Positions 1 to 12,322 of a stretch of DNA of 64,000 bases are shown here, piece after piece; position 1 is the first letter of the stretch, and each line of letters starts with the position of its first letter. Under the pieces are notes generated by a model. The model was not told the origin of the DNA. It was given only the letters and a program-made list of their open reading frames with translations, and made no database searches. Made by a program: the position numbers and the translations under genes. Source of the stretch: Octopus bimaculoides (taxonomy: Eukaryota); assembly GCF_001194135.2 (NCBI RefSeq), contig NC_068989.1, positions 24,665,530-24,729,529 of the forward strand, in the 5' to 3' direction.

Positions 1-39
1 GGTAGTATGATCTCTTGTTTGTTTTTGTCAGCTTCCTTA

Positions 40-43
40 AATT

Positions 44-74
<31 letters not shown>

Positions 75-207
75 TTGTTTTTGTTGTTGTTGTTGTTGTT
101 GTTGTTGTTCTTCTTCTTCTTCTTCTTCTTCTTCTTCTTCTTCTTCTTCTTCTTCTTCTTCTTCTTCTTCTTCTTCTTCTATTTCTTCTTCTTCTTCTTA
201 TTATTAC
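40..207. repeat. Compound microsatellite (TAT)n(TGT)n(TCT)n(TAT)n
   Basis: Direct reading; abuts the 3' end of the Dong/R4 fragment. Confidence 0.95.
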
Positions 208-209
208 TA

Positions 210-1349
210 ACCAGAATTTATATTTTTATGACTGTTCTATCGAGCGCAGCTCATGTGCTTTGAGTATGTACTGTGGTTTGTTTTAGTGTTACTTTTATTG
301 AAAGTGAAGAGCCTAGCAGTACTAGTTTCTGTATGCTACATATATATTCGTAAGTGCTAGTGTTTTGGTTATTCATTTCTATGCTTTTTATCCATGCCTG
401 TTGCACCTATTATCATAGGGAGTATTTTTGTCTTGAGGCCCTCACATTCGGATTATCTCTATTTCTATATATTTGTATTTCGAGAGTTTCTTCGTTTCTT
501 TTAGAGATACATTGTCATCTATTGGAACTGATATGGCGATTAGAGGCACTTTTCCTTGGCACTTTTTCTGTAGTCCTATAGCAGATATTTTACAGTAGTT
601 TTCTAGTTGTGTAAGGCCTCTGTGAAAACGCGTAGCCTCGTGGTTAGGCTGTTCTAAACAGAGTGACGCGTTGTGTTCTTGAGCAAGCCACTTCATTTTA
701 CATTGCTCAAATCCCCCATTCGATCAGGGGTGAATGTTGACTTGCGCATCTAGCCAATGAGATGGTGTCATTCGGAGGCTAAAAGGATGTAAAACGCATT
801 TTGACCAGCGATGTGTAACAACATCTAATAGCTGGTTGGACACGTGATCACGTGATCATAAGGCCTCTACTACTTTCAATTTGTTATATACATAACCTAT
901 CTGTGTCAGATTTTGGGTGGTGTATTCTAAATTCCGTCATTGTTTTTCTTGCTTTTCTGTATAGTTTGGCTAGTTCATTTCATGTCTAATTAAGAATATA
1001 GCAACTGTAACTTGTAACTGGGACAGCTAGAGTATTGATGCGTCTGTCTTATTATTCGCATTGAACTGTTTTAACTCTCAATCTAATTTGTCTATAATAT
1101 TCCTTCCGTATCTTTTCTTTAACTTGTGTGTATTGTGCCGTATCTCATTGATTCCAAAGTATTTGCATGACTAGGTTTGGTCTAGTTCTCTTATTTCATT
1201 TTCTTTATCTAGAGTGATGGGTTGTCTCTTATGTGAGCCATTCAGGTGTTGTGTCTCTAGCTCCATTGGCTCTGATTGAACTTCTCTGCCAGTGCCTGGG
1301 GTGTCCCTGTTAAATATTTTAACAGAAGTAGGAAACCTTTTCGTGTCGT

Positions 1350-1350
<1 letters not shown>
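210..1350 (-). mobile_element. 5'-truncated, internally deleted Dong/R4-clade LINE (post-RT region plus restriction-like endonuclease C-terminus), interrupted by a SINE
   Basis: Frameshifted minus-strand peptides KEKIRKEYYR..INTLAVPVTSYS..RKARKTMTEFRIHHPKSDTDRL..SRGL and LIAISVPIDDNVSLKETKKLSKYKYIEIEIIRM..LPMIIGA. TAA repeats on both sides. Confidence 0.8.
622..858 (+). mobile_element. tRNA-derived SINE with 10-bp target-site duplication
   Basis: Head gcgtagcctcgtggttaggc, body gttgtgttcttgagcaag, tail cacgtgatcacgtgat. TSD taaggcctct at 612-621 and 859-868. Confidence 0.8.
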
Positions 1351-1399
<49 letters not shown>

Positions 1400-1401
<2 letters not shown>

Positions 1402-1790
1402 GGTGAGCTAACAGAAACATTAGCATGCTTAGCAAAATACTTCGTGAAACTTTATCCATCTTTACGTTCTGAATTCAAATTCCGCTGAGGTCAACTTTGC
1501 CTTTCGGAGTACCAGTTGCATATTGGGTTGGTGTAATCGACTCATTGCTCCACCAAAGTTTCAGGTCTTTTGCATATAGTACAAAGAATTATTAATCTGG
1601 CGTAGGGCTGGCCGAATCGTTAGCGCGGCAGACGAAATGCTTAGCTGCATTTCTTCCGAGTTCAAATTCCGCTGAGGACAACTTTGTCTTTCATCATTTC
1701 GGTGCCGATAAAATAAGATTTAGTTGGGTCACTGTAATTGGTTAAAGCTATCCTCTAAAAGTGGTGACCTTGAGCCAAACATTGAAACAA
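1400..1790 (+). mobile_element. Two tandem copies of SINE family A
   Basis: A-box-like ggtgagct..agaa.c.ttagc, B-box gagttcaaattcc, central gtc.actttgcctttc. First copy is internally deleted and preceded by (TAT)n. Confidence 0.8.
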
Positions 1791-2169
1791 TTGATGTTAT
1801 TAACAATGTATGACATTTAATCGCCAATATATTTTCTATTACAGTCTCAGCTAACTACTATACCGATACAAGGCTATCTTAACATAACTATTACCAAACC
1901 ATTAAGTTATGGTCAAGGTACGTGCTGTTCTTGTTATTTTCTGTATATCCTACGAGTTTATTTTAAATTATGATTCCAAATATATTTCAGTACCTGCAAG
2001 ATCGCAATAAAGTACTGCTCACACATCAAGGGTGGTGCTTCAGACATATGCAATCATATTCTGGAACGGATCCTGAGAAAGATCTCTCGACTAATTTGAA
2101 CTGAATTATTTATAGACACTCAAACCTCTGGTTCACATCTTTACTGTTTCGTCTCCCAGTCATTTTTAT

Positions 2170-2420
2170 TTCCTAATATGGCTTCTGCCCGCAGAGCTGG
2201 CTGGCTCTTTTATCTTCAGCATGTAGGTTCCCCTCAATCGACACGTCTCTCTACCTTTCGTCATCCTTGTTGTGTCCGACCTCTTCACACTCGCAGTAAC
2301 TATAATACTCGTCCCTTCTTCCTCAAAACATCGTTCCCTTGGAATCTGATCCCTGCTCAGGTCTTTACTACAGATGTTGACTTGTTATAGCTTAAAAAGT
2401 ACGTTAATTACATGAAGCTC
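2170..2420 (+). mobile_element. 3' end of a CR1/L2-group LINE
   Basis: HPCCVRPLHTRSNYNTRPFFLKTSFPWNLIPAQVF resembles the 'RT..F..SF.PRT..LWN.LP..VF' C-terminus of CR1-group ORF2. Confidence 0.55.
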
Positions 2421-3334
2421 ACTATACTGAGAGGGTCTATAAAGGTCATGGATACTCTTCCTTCTTCCAGGCTTAACAAGTAAAAAACAAAAAGAAAACA
2501 AAAGCAAAAATAACAATAAAACAAAAAGTAAAAAAGAAACAAATACATGCACGGATAGGACAAAAAAATCAAAATGAAAGCAAATACTCCATACAAGAAC
2601 TTCTCCCATTTCGTTGCTTTGCTCTGTTGTTACATCGGGTTTTCGTTCTGTGAACGTTCGTCGAAACGACTGTAGTAGAGTTTGAACTCTTAACGGTAAA
2701 AACTAGGGTATTAGTCTACTTTAATACCAATAATCAGTGGTGGTCCGGTGAAGCACTCAGACATAAGAACAACTGTAATTCCATACTCGTTACCGGCGTT
2801 AGTCACTTATAAATATAAATATGATATTATCCTGTTTGTAGCTGGAAAGAATTAAGAAATGTTTATTTCTGTGTTTGCATTTCGAATACATATCTTGTCT
2901 TCCGAAAGACCTTTTCGAAAATGTGGAACTTCGCCAAAATTAAGAAGGCATCTGTTCGAAATGTTGCTGTAAGAAGTTACAATGTCAACCACAGACAGAG
3001 AGTTATTGGTTGAAGTATTACGTTTCATTTTAATTCAAGTTGCCAACGTAGAGTGTCATTAATGTGGATATTACTTTGCTTCCATTACACTACTCACGTG
3101 TTCGCTTTTTTATGTGAACAAAGACTGAAGCGTTTTAGCTTGGTTGAAAGTCAATGTTGATCACTCGAACAGATGAAATATAAGAAAAAAGAAATTTCAG
3201 CGGTGATCATACTGTCTTTTTAGGGGAACCACGATTATATAGTTCTAAAGAGTGTTTTGAGGTAGATTTGGCTGCTGTTCTTGGCGAACAAAGTATCAAT
3301 GTAGAATGGCTTCAGATTTTCCATTGTCTGCCTC

Positions 3335-3450
3335 GACACACATACACACATATGCCCATACACACATACACACACGCACACACGCACACACACACACGCA
3401 CACACACACACACACGCCCGCATGGACGCACGCACGCACGCACGCACACA

Positions 3451-3492
<42 letters not shown>

Positions 3493-3525
3493 CTCTCTCT
3501 CTCTCTCATACACACATACACCCCC

Positions 3526-3558
<33 letters not shown>

Positions 3559-3560
3559 GC
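3335..3560. repeat. Compound (CA)n/(CACG)n/(CT)n microsatellite
   Basis: Direct reading. Confidence 0.95.
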
Positions 3561-4290
3561 TCGTACGATACTCAAGCTATTAGTGAGAGTACTTTTTGCC
3601 GGATTGCTTTTATGATCCTCTCTGGATTTATTTTTTATAAAACTTTATGTTTGATGAAAAAATAAAATTCTGTTGTTAGGTAAAAATAAGGATCATTTGT
3701 TTTAACTTTAATTTCATTTAAATAGTAAAATAAATTTATGTTTCTGGAGACGAAACATTCGACCACATGCACACAGGCACACACACTCACATGCACACAC
3801 ACAGTGGCAAGCCAGGATACATTAATTAATTAGTAAATGAGTTAAAGAGACTTACTAGTATTAACAACTTAATCTGTTTCAAATCATCACCATTTAAAAA
3901 AAAAAGGAATGACTATCATATACCATAATGTAGTGCAAGCTATATTATGGCTATAAAATGATTGAATGCTTGCAGCTGAAGTGATTTTCATCGTAGGTGA
4001 ACACTGATTAGGCAAGTGTCGGTTCACTATCATCTAGAAGTGCTTCTGTGACCGTGCTACTGAGTAACTACCTGAGACTTTCTTAGAACTTTAGAACACA
4101 CTTACGAGGAAGTTTCAAGTAGACATGAAAACACTAAATCTCCAAAGACTTGTTCTAAGTTTTTTATTTAGCAGAAGCCGATACCAAAGGCATCATTCTG
4201 CATCTAAGTCGAACACATCCGAACTTACACTCTCAAATATTCCTTTCACAAATTACACATCCTCTCCCTCTCTCCCTCTCCCTCCCCCCC

Positions 4291-4329
<39 letters not shown>

Positions 4330-4332
4330 TAC

Positions 4333-4678
4333 ACACGGTTCAGTGGTTAGAACATCAATGGTTAGAGCATCGGGCTCACAATCATGCGGTAGTGAGTTCG
4401 ATTCGCGGACCGGGCTGCGTGTTGTGTTCTTGAGCAAGACACTTATTTCACGTCACTCCAGTTCACTCAGCTGAAGAAATGAGTTGCGACGTCACTGGTA
4501 TCAAGCTGCATCAGCCTTTGCCTTTGCCTTGGATAACATTAGTGGCATGAAAAGGGGAGGCTGGTATGCATAGGCGACTACTGGTCTTCTGTAAACAGCC
4601 TTGCCTGGACATGTGCCTCGGAGGGGAAATGTCTTGGTGTAATTTCATGGTCATTCATGACAGAAGGGGGTCTTTATA
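4333..4678 (+). mobile_element. tRNA-derived SINE family C
   Basis: A-box-like gtggttagaacatc/tggttagagcatc (duplicated), B-box gagttcgattc, body gttgtgttcttgagcaagacactt, tail gaagggggtcttta. Confidence 0.75.
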
Positions 4679-4682
4679 CATA

Positions 4683-4898
4683 CATGAAGGGGTGCTAAAA
4701 GTTCCTGGCTTTAAGGGTATCATGAAAGGCCTGTTTGTAGGCCCAGTATTCCAAGTTCTTTTACTGGACTTAGAGAAAATGAAAGACCGCTGCCATAAGT
4801 GTGTGAATCTGAGAGAGGAATATGTTGAATAAAATCATTAACTGATCCGCCAGTATTTTCTTTTACACAAAGCCAGGAACTTTTCAACACCTCTCGTG
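4683..4898. mobile_element. Mariner-derived MITE, copy 1
   Basis: TIRs catgaaggggtgctaaaagttcctggcttt and aaagccaggaacttttcaacacctctcgtg, flanked by TA. The interior encodes a transposase-like C-terminus (LEKMKDRCHKCVNLREEYVE*). Confidence 0.8.
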
Positions 4899-4962
<64 letters not shown>

Positions 4963-5189
4963 AAAAAGAAAAAAGACAAGAAAAAACAACAACGCGAGGA
5001 CGTGGTACATGTATAGTATTAATAAGACGCTCAGAGATAGAAAGAAAGAGTGGTTAGTTGAAAAGAAAAAGAAGGAAGAAAATCGGCAGCAGTTCACGTG
5101 TAGTTACATTTTGGAATGACCGGAAGTAGATGGACAAAGAGAAAGTGCTTTCTGGGATAGGAGAGTGTGAAGAATGGTTCGTATCTGTG

Positions 5190-5485
5190 TGTATGTGTGG
5201 GTGTGCGCACGTGCGTGTGCGGTTGCATGTGTGTATGTATGGTAGCGTGTGTGTGTGTGACAGTAACTGAGTCTCTGTGTGTGTGTGTGGTGGTGGTGGT
5301 GGCGTGTGTGTGTGGTGGTGGTTGCGTGTGTGTGTGATGCCGTGTGTGTGTAAGGTAACGTGTGTATGTGTGATACAGTGTGTGTGTGTAAGGTAGCGTG
5401 TGTGTGTGGTAGTAAGTGAGTGCGTGTGAGCGTGGTAGCGTGTGTGCGTGTAGTGGTAAGTGTGGTAAGTGTGTGTGCATGTAGC
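5190..5485. repeat. Degenerate (GT)n/(GGT)n low-complexity tract
   Basis: Direct reading; source of the His/Thr-rich pseudo-ORFs. Confidence 0.9.
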
Positions 5486-6594
5486 TTTCTTCAGCTGAAT
5501 ACACGTCATTGATTAGTTAAAATTACCCAAATACGACAACTTTAGCACGAAATAACTTTTAAACTACAAAATTTTGTCAAAAATGTTAAGAGTAAACCCT
5601 GTTCTACGTGACACATTCAACCAGTATCCGAAGTTTTAAACTGTTTAGCTAAAAAAAAAAAATTATTAAAAAAATCTGTGACTATAATTCATAGTTTAAA
5701 GAGAACAGAGAATAAACATAGAATATCACTTTTTAATCATATATATATANNNNNNNNNNNNNNNNNNNNNNNNNNNNNNNNNNNNNNNNNNNNNNNNNNN
5801 NNNNNNNNNNNNNNNNNNNNNNNNNNNNNNNNNNNNNNNNNNNNNNNNNNNNNNNNNNNNNNNNNNNNNNNNNNNNNNNNNGTATGTATGTATGTATGGT
5901 GAAAAAAGACAGTAGGGACAGTTTCAAAATTAAAAATGTTTATTTTTGTTCAACAATCAATTCAGTTTAGATGTTAAAAATTAATTATATTATTCATTAT
6001 TAAAATATAATAATTCCTGCTGGCGTGATTCTTTTATGCATGTTTTTTGTTTTAGAAATCACTTTAATTATGCATTCAAGAAGCATCTTCAAGGAACATC
6101 CAATATTTTTACTAATTCTTTCTTAAATTTCTGCATAAAAATCATCCTATTTTATTTGAAACTTAAAATTCAGCATTAATGCCCTCTCTCCACTTTATCC
6201 ACCTCTCTCTCTATCATTTTCGCTCTCCTTCTGTTGTCTCCCTCTCTCCTTCAGACACACATACGTATGCATACACAAACCTTTAATTCACATCATGCAC
6301 GTGCAGCAACACGTACATCCGAATATTTATTAGAAACATTGTATGGATGGCAGAACCAATGGAGCAAAAGGTTCGATAAGTTAAATAGCGGTCAATTCCT
6401 GAGGTCAATTAATCGATATATTCTCTGCACTCTCCAATTTTTAGCTTTCTACCAACGTTTAAAATCATTAAAAGGATTAGGCTTATTTAATGATTCATAT
6501 CTAAGATGATTTATGATTAATACGACTAGAATACACCGGGTTATTAACCTCATCTTTACAGTTAGACATTTTCTTCTAATATTTACACTACATT

Positions 6595-6810
6595 AAGGCA
6601 GCGAACTGGAAGAACCATTAGCGCGCCGGGTAAAATGCTCAGCGGCATTACGTCCATCTTTACGTTCAGAGTTCAATTTCCGCCGAGGTCGACTTTACCT
6701 TGCGTTCTTTTGGGGTCGATAAAATACGTACCAGTTGAACACTGGGGTCAATGTAATTGACTTAGCCCCTCCCCCTAACTTGCCGGCTTTGTGCCGAAAC
6801 TTGAAAGCAA
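6595..6810 (+). mobile_element. SINE family A
   Basis: aaggcagcgaactggaagaaccattagc...gagttcaatttccgccgaggtcgacttt...ggggtcgataaaatacgtaccag. Confidence 0.85.
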
Positions 6811-6829
6811 TATTTACATCTATATATAA

Positions 6830-7065
6830 ATGAAGGCGCACGCCCAAGTTGTTTGAATATCATTCTGATGATCATGAAGTCGTTGGTTCGATTCCTGTTT
6901 CAGGTGGAGTGTTGAGTCCCTGGGCAAAGTACATCATTACACCCTGCTTCAGTCTACTCAGCAGGAAATTGTAGCAGCCGACTTTTGGTGCAACTCTCCT
7001 CGTTCCAGCTATCACGTTATCCCCTTTCTTCACGTCCGAGAGGGTCTTTGAGTGTCTACGTCTGT
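6830..7065 (+). mobile_element. Degenerate tRNA-derived SINE
   Basis: B-box ggttcgattcc followed by gtccctgggcaaagtac and ttcagtctactcagc. Confidence 0.55.
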
Positions 7066-7393
7066 TCTTGACTACGTAGCAATCTAAAACAATTAGCAGA
7101 AGCCAGGGTAAAAAGGTTAGGGCCATACTTAATTGCGACAGACGGCTAAGACTTTAACATGTAAGGGTGATAAAATGTTAGAATAGTTAAGGAGTCGAAC
7201 AAAACGCTTTGCCGTGTTTTTTCCAGTTCTTTACATTCTGAGCTCCAGTTCTGCCGAGGCTAGCCTTTCCCGGTCAATTAGATTCACTTGCAAAGCATTG
7301 GTGGGGTCCGAAGCATTAGAAGCAATGCAACTAAATCCAAAACCACGCAACGCAAAGCGAGCGTCTTAACCACTCGGCCACATCTGTGCTGCT

Positions 7394-7479
<86 letters not shown>

Positions 7480-8095
7480 CGTCTGTCTGTCTCGATATAT
7501 GTATGTATGTATGTATGTGTGTGTTCCACTTGTCTACTTTTACTCATTAACCTATAAGTTTAATTTTTTAAATTTCAGGTTCCATGGCTGCTTTAGGAAC
7601 ATGTATGACAAGTCTAGGTTTCTTAATGGTGCTCCTGGTTGTGAAGTTAACGAATAGAGGCTAAAAAGAAAAAAAAAATAGTAATAATAAAATGAACTTC
7701 CACAGTTATTGGAAATATTTTTCAATAAAAACTGTGCTTTATGTAAATGGTGCAATAATTAATGGGGAAGTGAAAATGAGTTTAAAACATGAATACCGAC
7801 AAGAAATTTTACATCCGTTAAAGCGTTTAAACTAAAATATCGAAATAATATTTTAACTAAATAAAATACTTTATATAATATCAGTTTGAACTCTGTTCCG
7901 TTTTATTCCAACATGCTGTGATTAAAGGGCGCGGTTGAAAAGCCTTCCAAATTTTACAGCTGACGAACGTTTCAACACTGATCCAAGCCACGTTGATGAC
8001 TGAAAAAATCCCAAGAAAAACGGTAAGGCAAAACCTATATGAAGACATTGTTACCATTTACCTCAATTCACTAGCACTAAATTCATCGAAACATA

Positions 8096-8315
8096 AGGCG
8101 GCGAGCTGGAAGAATCGTTAGCAATCCGAGCAAAAGGCTTATCGGTATTTCGTCCGTCTATAGCATATTCCCTGTGTCGAACAGGTACTTATTTTATTGT
8201 CCCCGAAAAGGCAAAGTCGACCTTGGCTGAATCTAAACTCAGAACGTAATGACGGACGAAATTCCGCTTTGCATTTTGCCTGGTGTGCTCACGATTGTGC
8301 CGGCTCGCCACCCTA
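8096..8315. mobile_element. Inverted pair of SINE family A fragments
   Basis: Plus-strand head ggcggcgagctggaagaatcgttagc at 8096-8165; minus-strand copy ending ccggctcgccacc at about 8180-8315. Confidence 0.75.
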
Positions 8316-8642
8316 ATGTTGATGAATATGGAGTGTCACTTCATGATTCTTTATGGAATGGGCATGCAGCTGCCCTAGATTTGCAACACGAGAAGGAAAT
8401 TTTCGCAGGTTTTTCATTACGATCTACATAATGAAATATACATCTAAACATGCATTTATTTTAGCTCTTACACTCACTCTTTTATGCATTCAGTTATACT
8501 CACTCTTAGAGACACACTCGAACACAGACACTCACAAAAACGCATGCGACTTTCACAGACACACGCATAAACTTATATACGCACGCATACGCACATTATA
8601 CTTATAAACAAATTCACGAATAAATTCAGACATGCATTCATA

Positions 8643-8830
8643 CGAGAGGTGCTGAAAAGTTCCTGACTTTAAGGGTGTTGCGAAAGGCCTGGCTGGAGGC
8701 CCGACCTTCCGAGTTCTTTTACGGGGCTTACAAAAACTGAAGGACCAAAGCAATAAGTGAGTGAATCTGAGAGGGGAATATATTGAATAAGATCATAATT
8801 AACTGACCCTTCTTTTACCGAAAGCCACTT
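8643..8830. mobile_element. Mariner-derived MITE, copy 2 (right TIR eroded)
   Basis: ta|cgagaggtgctgaaaagttcctgacttt; body homologous to 4683-4898. Confidence 0.75.
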
Positions 8831-9021
8831 ATGTACACTCACACATTCTACAGTCATACATGAGCTGCATTTAGTCGTTCTTATAGATACAGAGAGGGAG
8901 AGAGAGAAAGAGAGAAAGAGAGGAGGGAGAGAGGGAGACAGAGAAAGAAAGAGAGAGAGAGAGGGAGAGAGAGAGAGAGAGAGAAAGAGNNNNNNNNNNN
9001 NNNNNNNNNNNNNNNNNNNNN

Positions 9022-9084
<63 letters not shown>

Positions 9085-9477
9085 AACATAGTCTTCCCAT
9101 CATTTAAAATTAAAAAAATGTATTTAGGAAAATTGTATTTAGGAAAATTGTATTTAGGAAACACTTCAGTTCATTGCCCTAAATGAAGATTGTTATTTTC
9201 ACACCAAAGACATCATCTTTCCGTAGGCGGTGGATTGGCAAAATTATGAGATACAAACAAAATGTCTGAGGTGTTTAGTTACAGTCCTTTATGTTCTGAA
9301 TGCAGAACTCACCTTGGTCTACTTCGCATTTCATTCTTCTGAAGCTGAGGAAATAAAGTCTCATGAAGTAAAAGTAACTTGGATAAGAATGCAATTATAA
9401 TTTAATGTAATATGTAATATAATATAATATAATATAATATAATATAATATAATATAATATATATACACATATATCAT

Positions 9478-10060
9478 CATCATCACCACCAGCAGCAGCA
9501 TTTAACGTCCGATTTCCATGCTGAGATTTGACTGAGATCTGGAGAGCCAGCGGCTGCATCAGGCTCCAGCCTGGTCTGGCAATGTTTCTACAGCTGGATG
9601 CCCTTCCTAACGCCAACCATTCCGAGAGTGTAGTGGGTGCTTCTTACGTGCCACCGGAACGTGGGCCAGTCAGGCAGTCCTGGCATCGATTACGTTCGGA
9701 TAGTGCCTTTTACGTGCCACAGGCACAGGAGCTAGTCAGGTGATGCATTTTACATGCCACCGAACCGGAAGCCAGTCAGGGGGCACTGGCCACAGCAACG
9801 ATTTTGGCTTTACTTGAATCAACAGGTCTTCTCAAGCATATCATATCACCCGACTCATCAGGGGTTCTCTTAAATGGGCCGGATATGCAGCATTGGCATC
9901 GGCCATGACTGTGATCTCACTTTAGTTGTCGGGTCTTTTCAATCACAGCATATCTCCAAAGGTCTCGGTCTCCTGTCATTGTCTCTGTGAGGCCCAATGT
10001 TTGAGGGTCATGCTTCACCACCTCATCCCATGTCTTCCTGGGTCTGTCTCTTCCACAGGT
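9478..10060 (-). mobile_element. 3' end of an RTE (BovB-like) LINE
   Basis: Minus strand gives GRGRPRKTWDEVVKHDPQTLGLTETMTGDRDLWRYAV. The 3' UTR carries ggatgcccttcctaacgccaacc and ends in an (ATG)n tail. Confidence 0.8.
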
Positions 10061-10061
10061 T

Positions 10062-10195
<134 letters not shown>

Positions 10196-10559
10196 CACAC
10201 ACAAACACACACATATATATACACTCCGCCCCGCATATATATATACTACATGTGCTGTTTTCAGTCTCTTTTATCAGACTTCTTCTCTACCACTCTTTTC
10301 TGGACATTTCTGTAGTACCTGAAGAAGGTCTAAGTTCGAAACTTCTACTCTTTCTGTTCTCCCTCGAGTAACAACCTGCTTGTGTAGTTTTGTGTGTAGG
10401 TGAACTAAAGATCCGAGATATTTTGTCCTAAACAAAAAAACAAAAAAACAAAAAACAAAAAAAGAATAAAAACAAAGAAATCAAAACAAAAAACCAACCA
10501 ACCAACCAACAAAAAAACTGCAGGAGCTATTTAAAGATGGTGCAAAACAAATACGATTT

Positions 10560-10870
10560 GAAAGATAAAAAATAACATTAAACACAAGCTTTGAAGTATA
10601 AAGTATTTAGTGATAAATTCAATTAAATATAAGCACACAATAATAAACCAGAAAATATGATTTTAAGGGGAGCATCTCAAATTTCATTTTACGTATAAAT
10701 TAGGGATATTTCAAACTCAAACACATGACAAATCAGTGAGACAATGTAAGCCATATACACAAACAAACTTCTTGGATAACACTCGTAAAATATCTTTGGC
10801 TTTCTTGTTGCTATTCCAATATTACGTTCTTAGAGTTACATAGTTTTTGTCCCTGACACTTCTTATGAGC
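10560..10870 (+). mobile_element. Possible decayed Penelope-like GIY-YIG C-terminal fragment
   Basis: KSVRQCKPY...NTRK resembles the WKI..KCKPY..LNSR.E segment of the 35260-35650 fragment; heavily frameshifted. Confidence 0.35.
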
Positions 10871-11459
10871 TAACAAAACCAATAACAAAATAAAACAAGA
10901 AATAAATATAAGCTGACGACATCCTACACTCCTCAAATTTATGAACAACAAAATCAGCTGTTAAGCCCATGGCTGAGTGGACGGCATCAGCTGATTTATC
11001 TTAGGTTTTCTATTTCAATATTACATTCTTGGACTTTCATAACAAAACCAATGTCAAATATGAAACCAGAAATAACTTTATACTGACGATATGATACACT
11101 CACTGACGAACAAATAAAGTTCTCAGCATGACACTTCGATACAAAACGACAACCTTTCACAAAATTCTTGGAACACTAGGATAGGCTTGCACTTTATGTC
11201 TTCATTTACGTAATTTTTAGCGAAATATTACGTACTTCCACCACTTGGATCATGTCTCTGACACTTTATGCACGCTGTCTTATTATGTTTATATATAAAA
11301 AAACATTATATTCTAGAAAATACAAGAAAATATCGGGATCGTACCTTCCGTCCGTGACGATCACACTTGTTTTTGTTTACTGAATGTAATCTTTAATTTG
11401 TTGAAAACGTGTATTGTTCTTCATAGAAAATGGAATACTTGAAGTCTCTTAACCATAAC

Positions 11460-12210
11460 TGTGCTATTTATTATATCACATTGTAAGTGTTACTAAGATT
11501 GGTCTCTAGCCCTGGGTTGAAACCCATTTTACAATGCAGTAGAGAATTTTATTTAATAATAATGACAAAACGGGTATACAGTGACGATTCTGTAGAAACC
11601 ATGCCTAATTCAACAAAAAGAAGGCCAGAAATGGATTTCCCATGTCATTTTGTATATAAAAATGGCCACAGATCTCTTGTATTTTTTTTTAGTGCTGCAC
11701 AGTGTATTCTTCTTGTCCTATATTTTAAGGCTATTTCGGATTTGTAGCAGAAGGAAGAACAATTACTTAGGTCTCCTCTCAGGATAGATGTAACCAGAGA
11801 ACATTGTTTCGCTGTAGGCATTGTTCTTAGCAGGTAAGTCGCTTTTACACGGCGATTTTACTCTGTTGAATCTCAGATCCACTGCTCTATTTCTACACCT
11901 TTTGTTACGAAGTCATAGCTGCTGTGACTAACTACAGGTAACAATCTCCATGTACTTCCAATACGTTTCTGCTTCCTTTACATTCCCTGTGGCTTCCACT
12001 TCCTGCTGCACTCTAGACACTTCCCATTGCTGGGTCATCTAGCTTTCTGTTGTCCTCAGCTAGAAGCAATGTACTAACTGCTTTTACCTTAGTTGTTTTG
12101 AATACTTCAGTCACTGATAGAAATAGCAAGTGTAACTTAGAGGTTTTGCTGTACAGGCATGTAAAGCTGGAAGTTGGGAGGGGTGGGGAACACCTTGCCA
12201 TCATCAAACG
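11460..12210 (-). mobile_element. Decayed HERO-like (restriction-like endonuclease) LINE fragment
   Basis: PTSSFTCLYSKTSKLHLLFLSVTEVFKTTKVK..RKWKPQG.VKEAE resembles the HERO post-RT 'LYG....LQLP..S..E.FK..K...GRKW.A...V..AE' segment. Weaker downstream matches: IALKY and G*RP. Confidence 0.55.
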
Positions 12211-12322
12211 AATTTAGTGCCCAATCTTCCAAAGGTCTTCACCTCATTCATAGGAAAGTCATAAAGCAGGAACAATCACTACTGTCTGGTTATGGTGCCA
12301 CGTTGGAAGCATCATATATATG

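Noticed and set aside
10310-10350. Hammerhead-like CTGAAGA...CGAAAC; also 2645-2675 and 23195-23225
   Set aside because: Core or helices are broken (missing A6, no stem III, or mutated C3/U4); kept only as signs of PLE decay.
11730-11833. Exon-like segment with a good acceptor and a cag|gtaagt donor
   Set aside because: All three frames contain stops, and it lies within the minus-strand HERO-like remnant.
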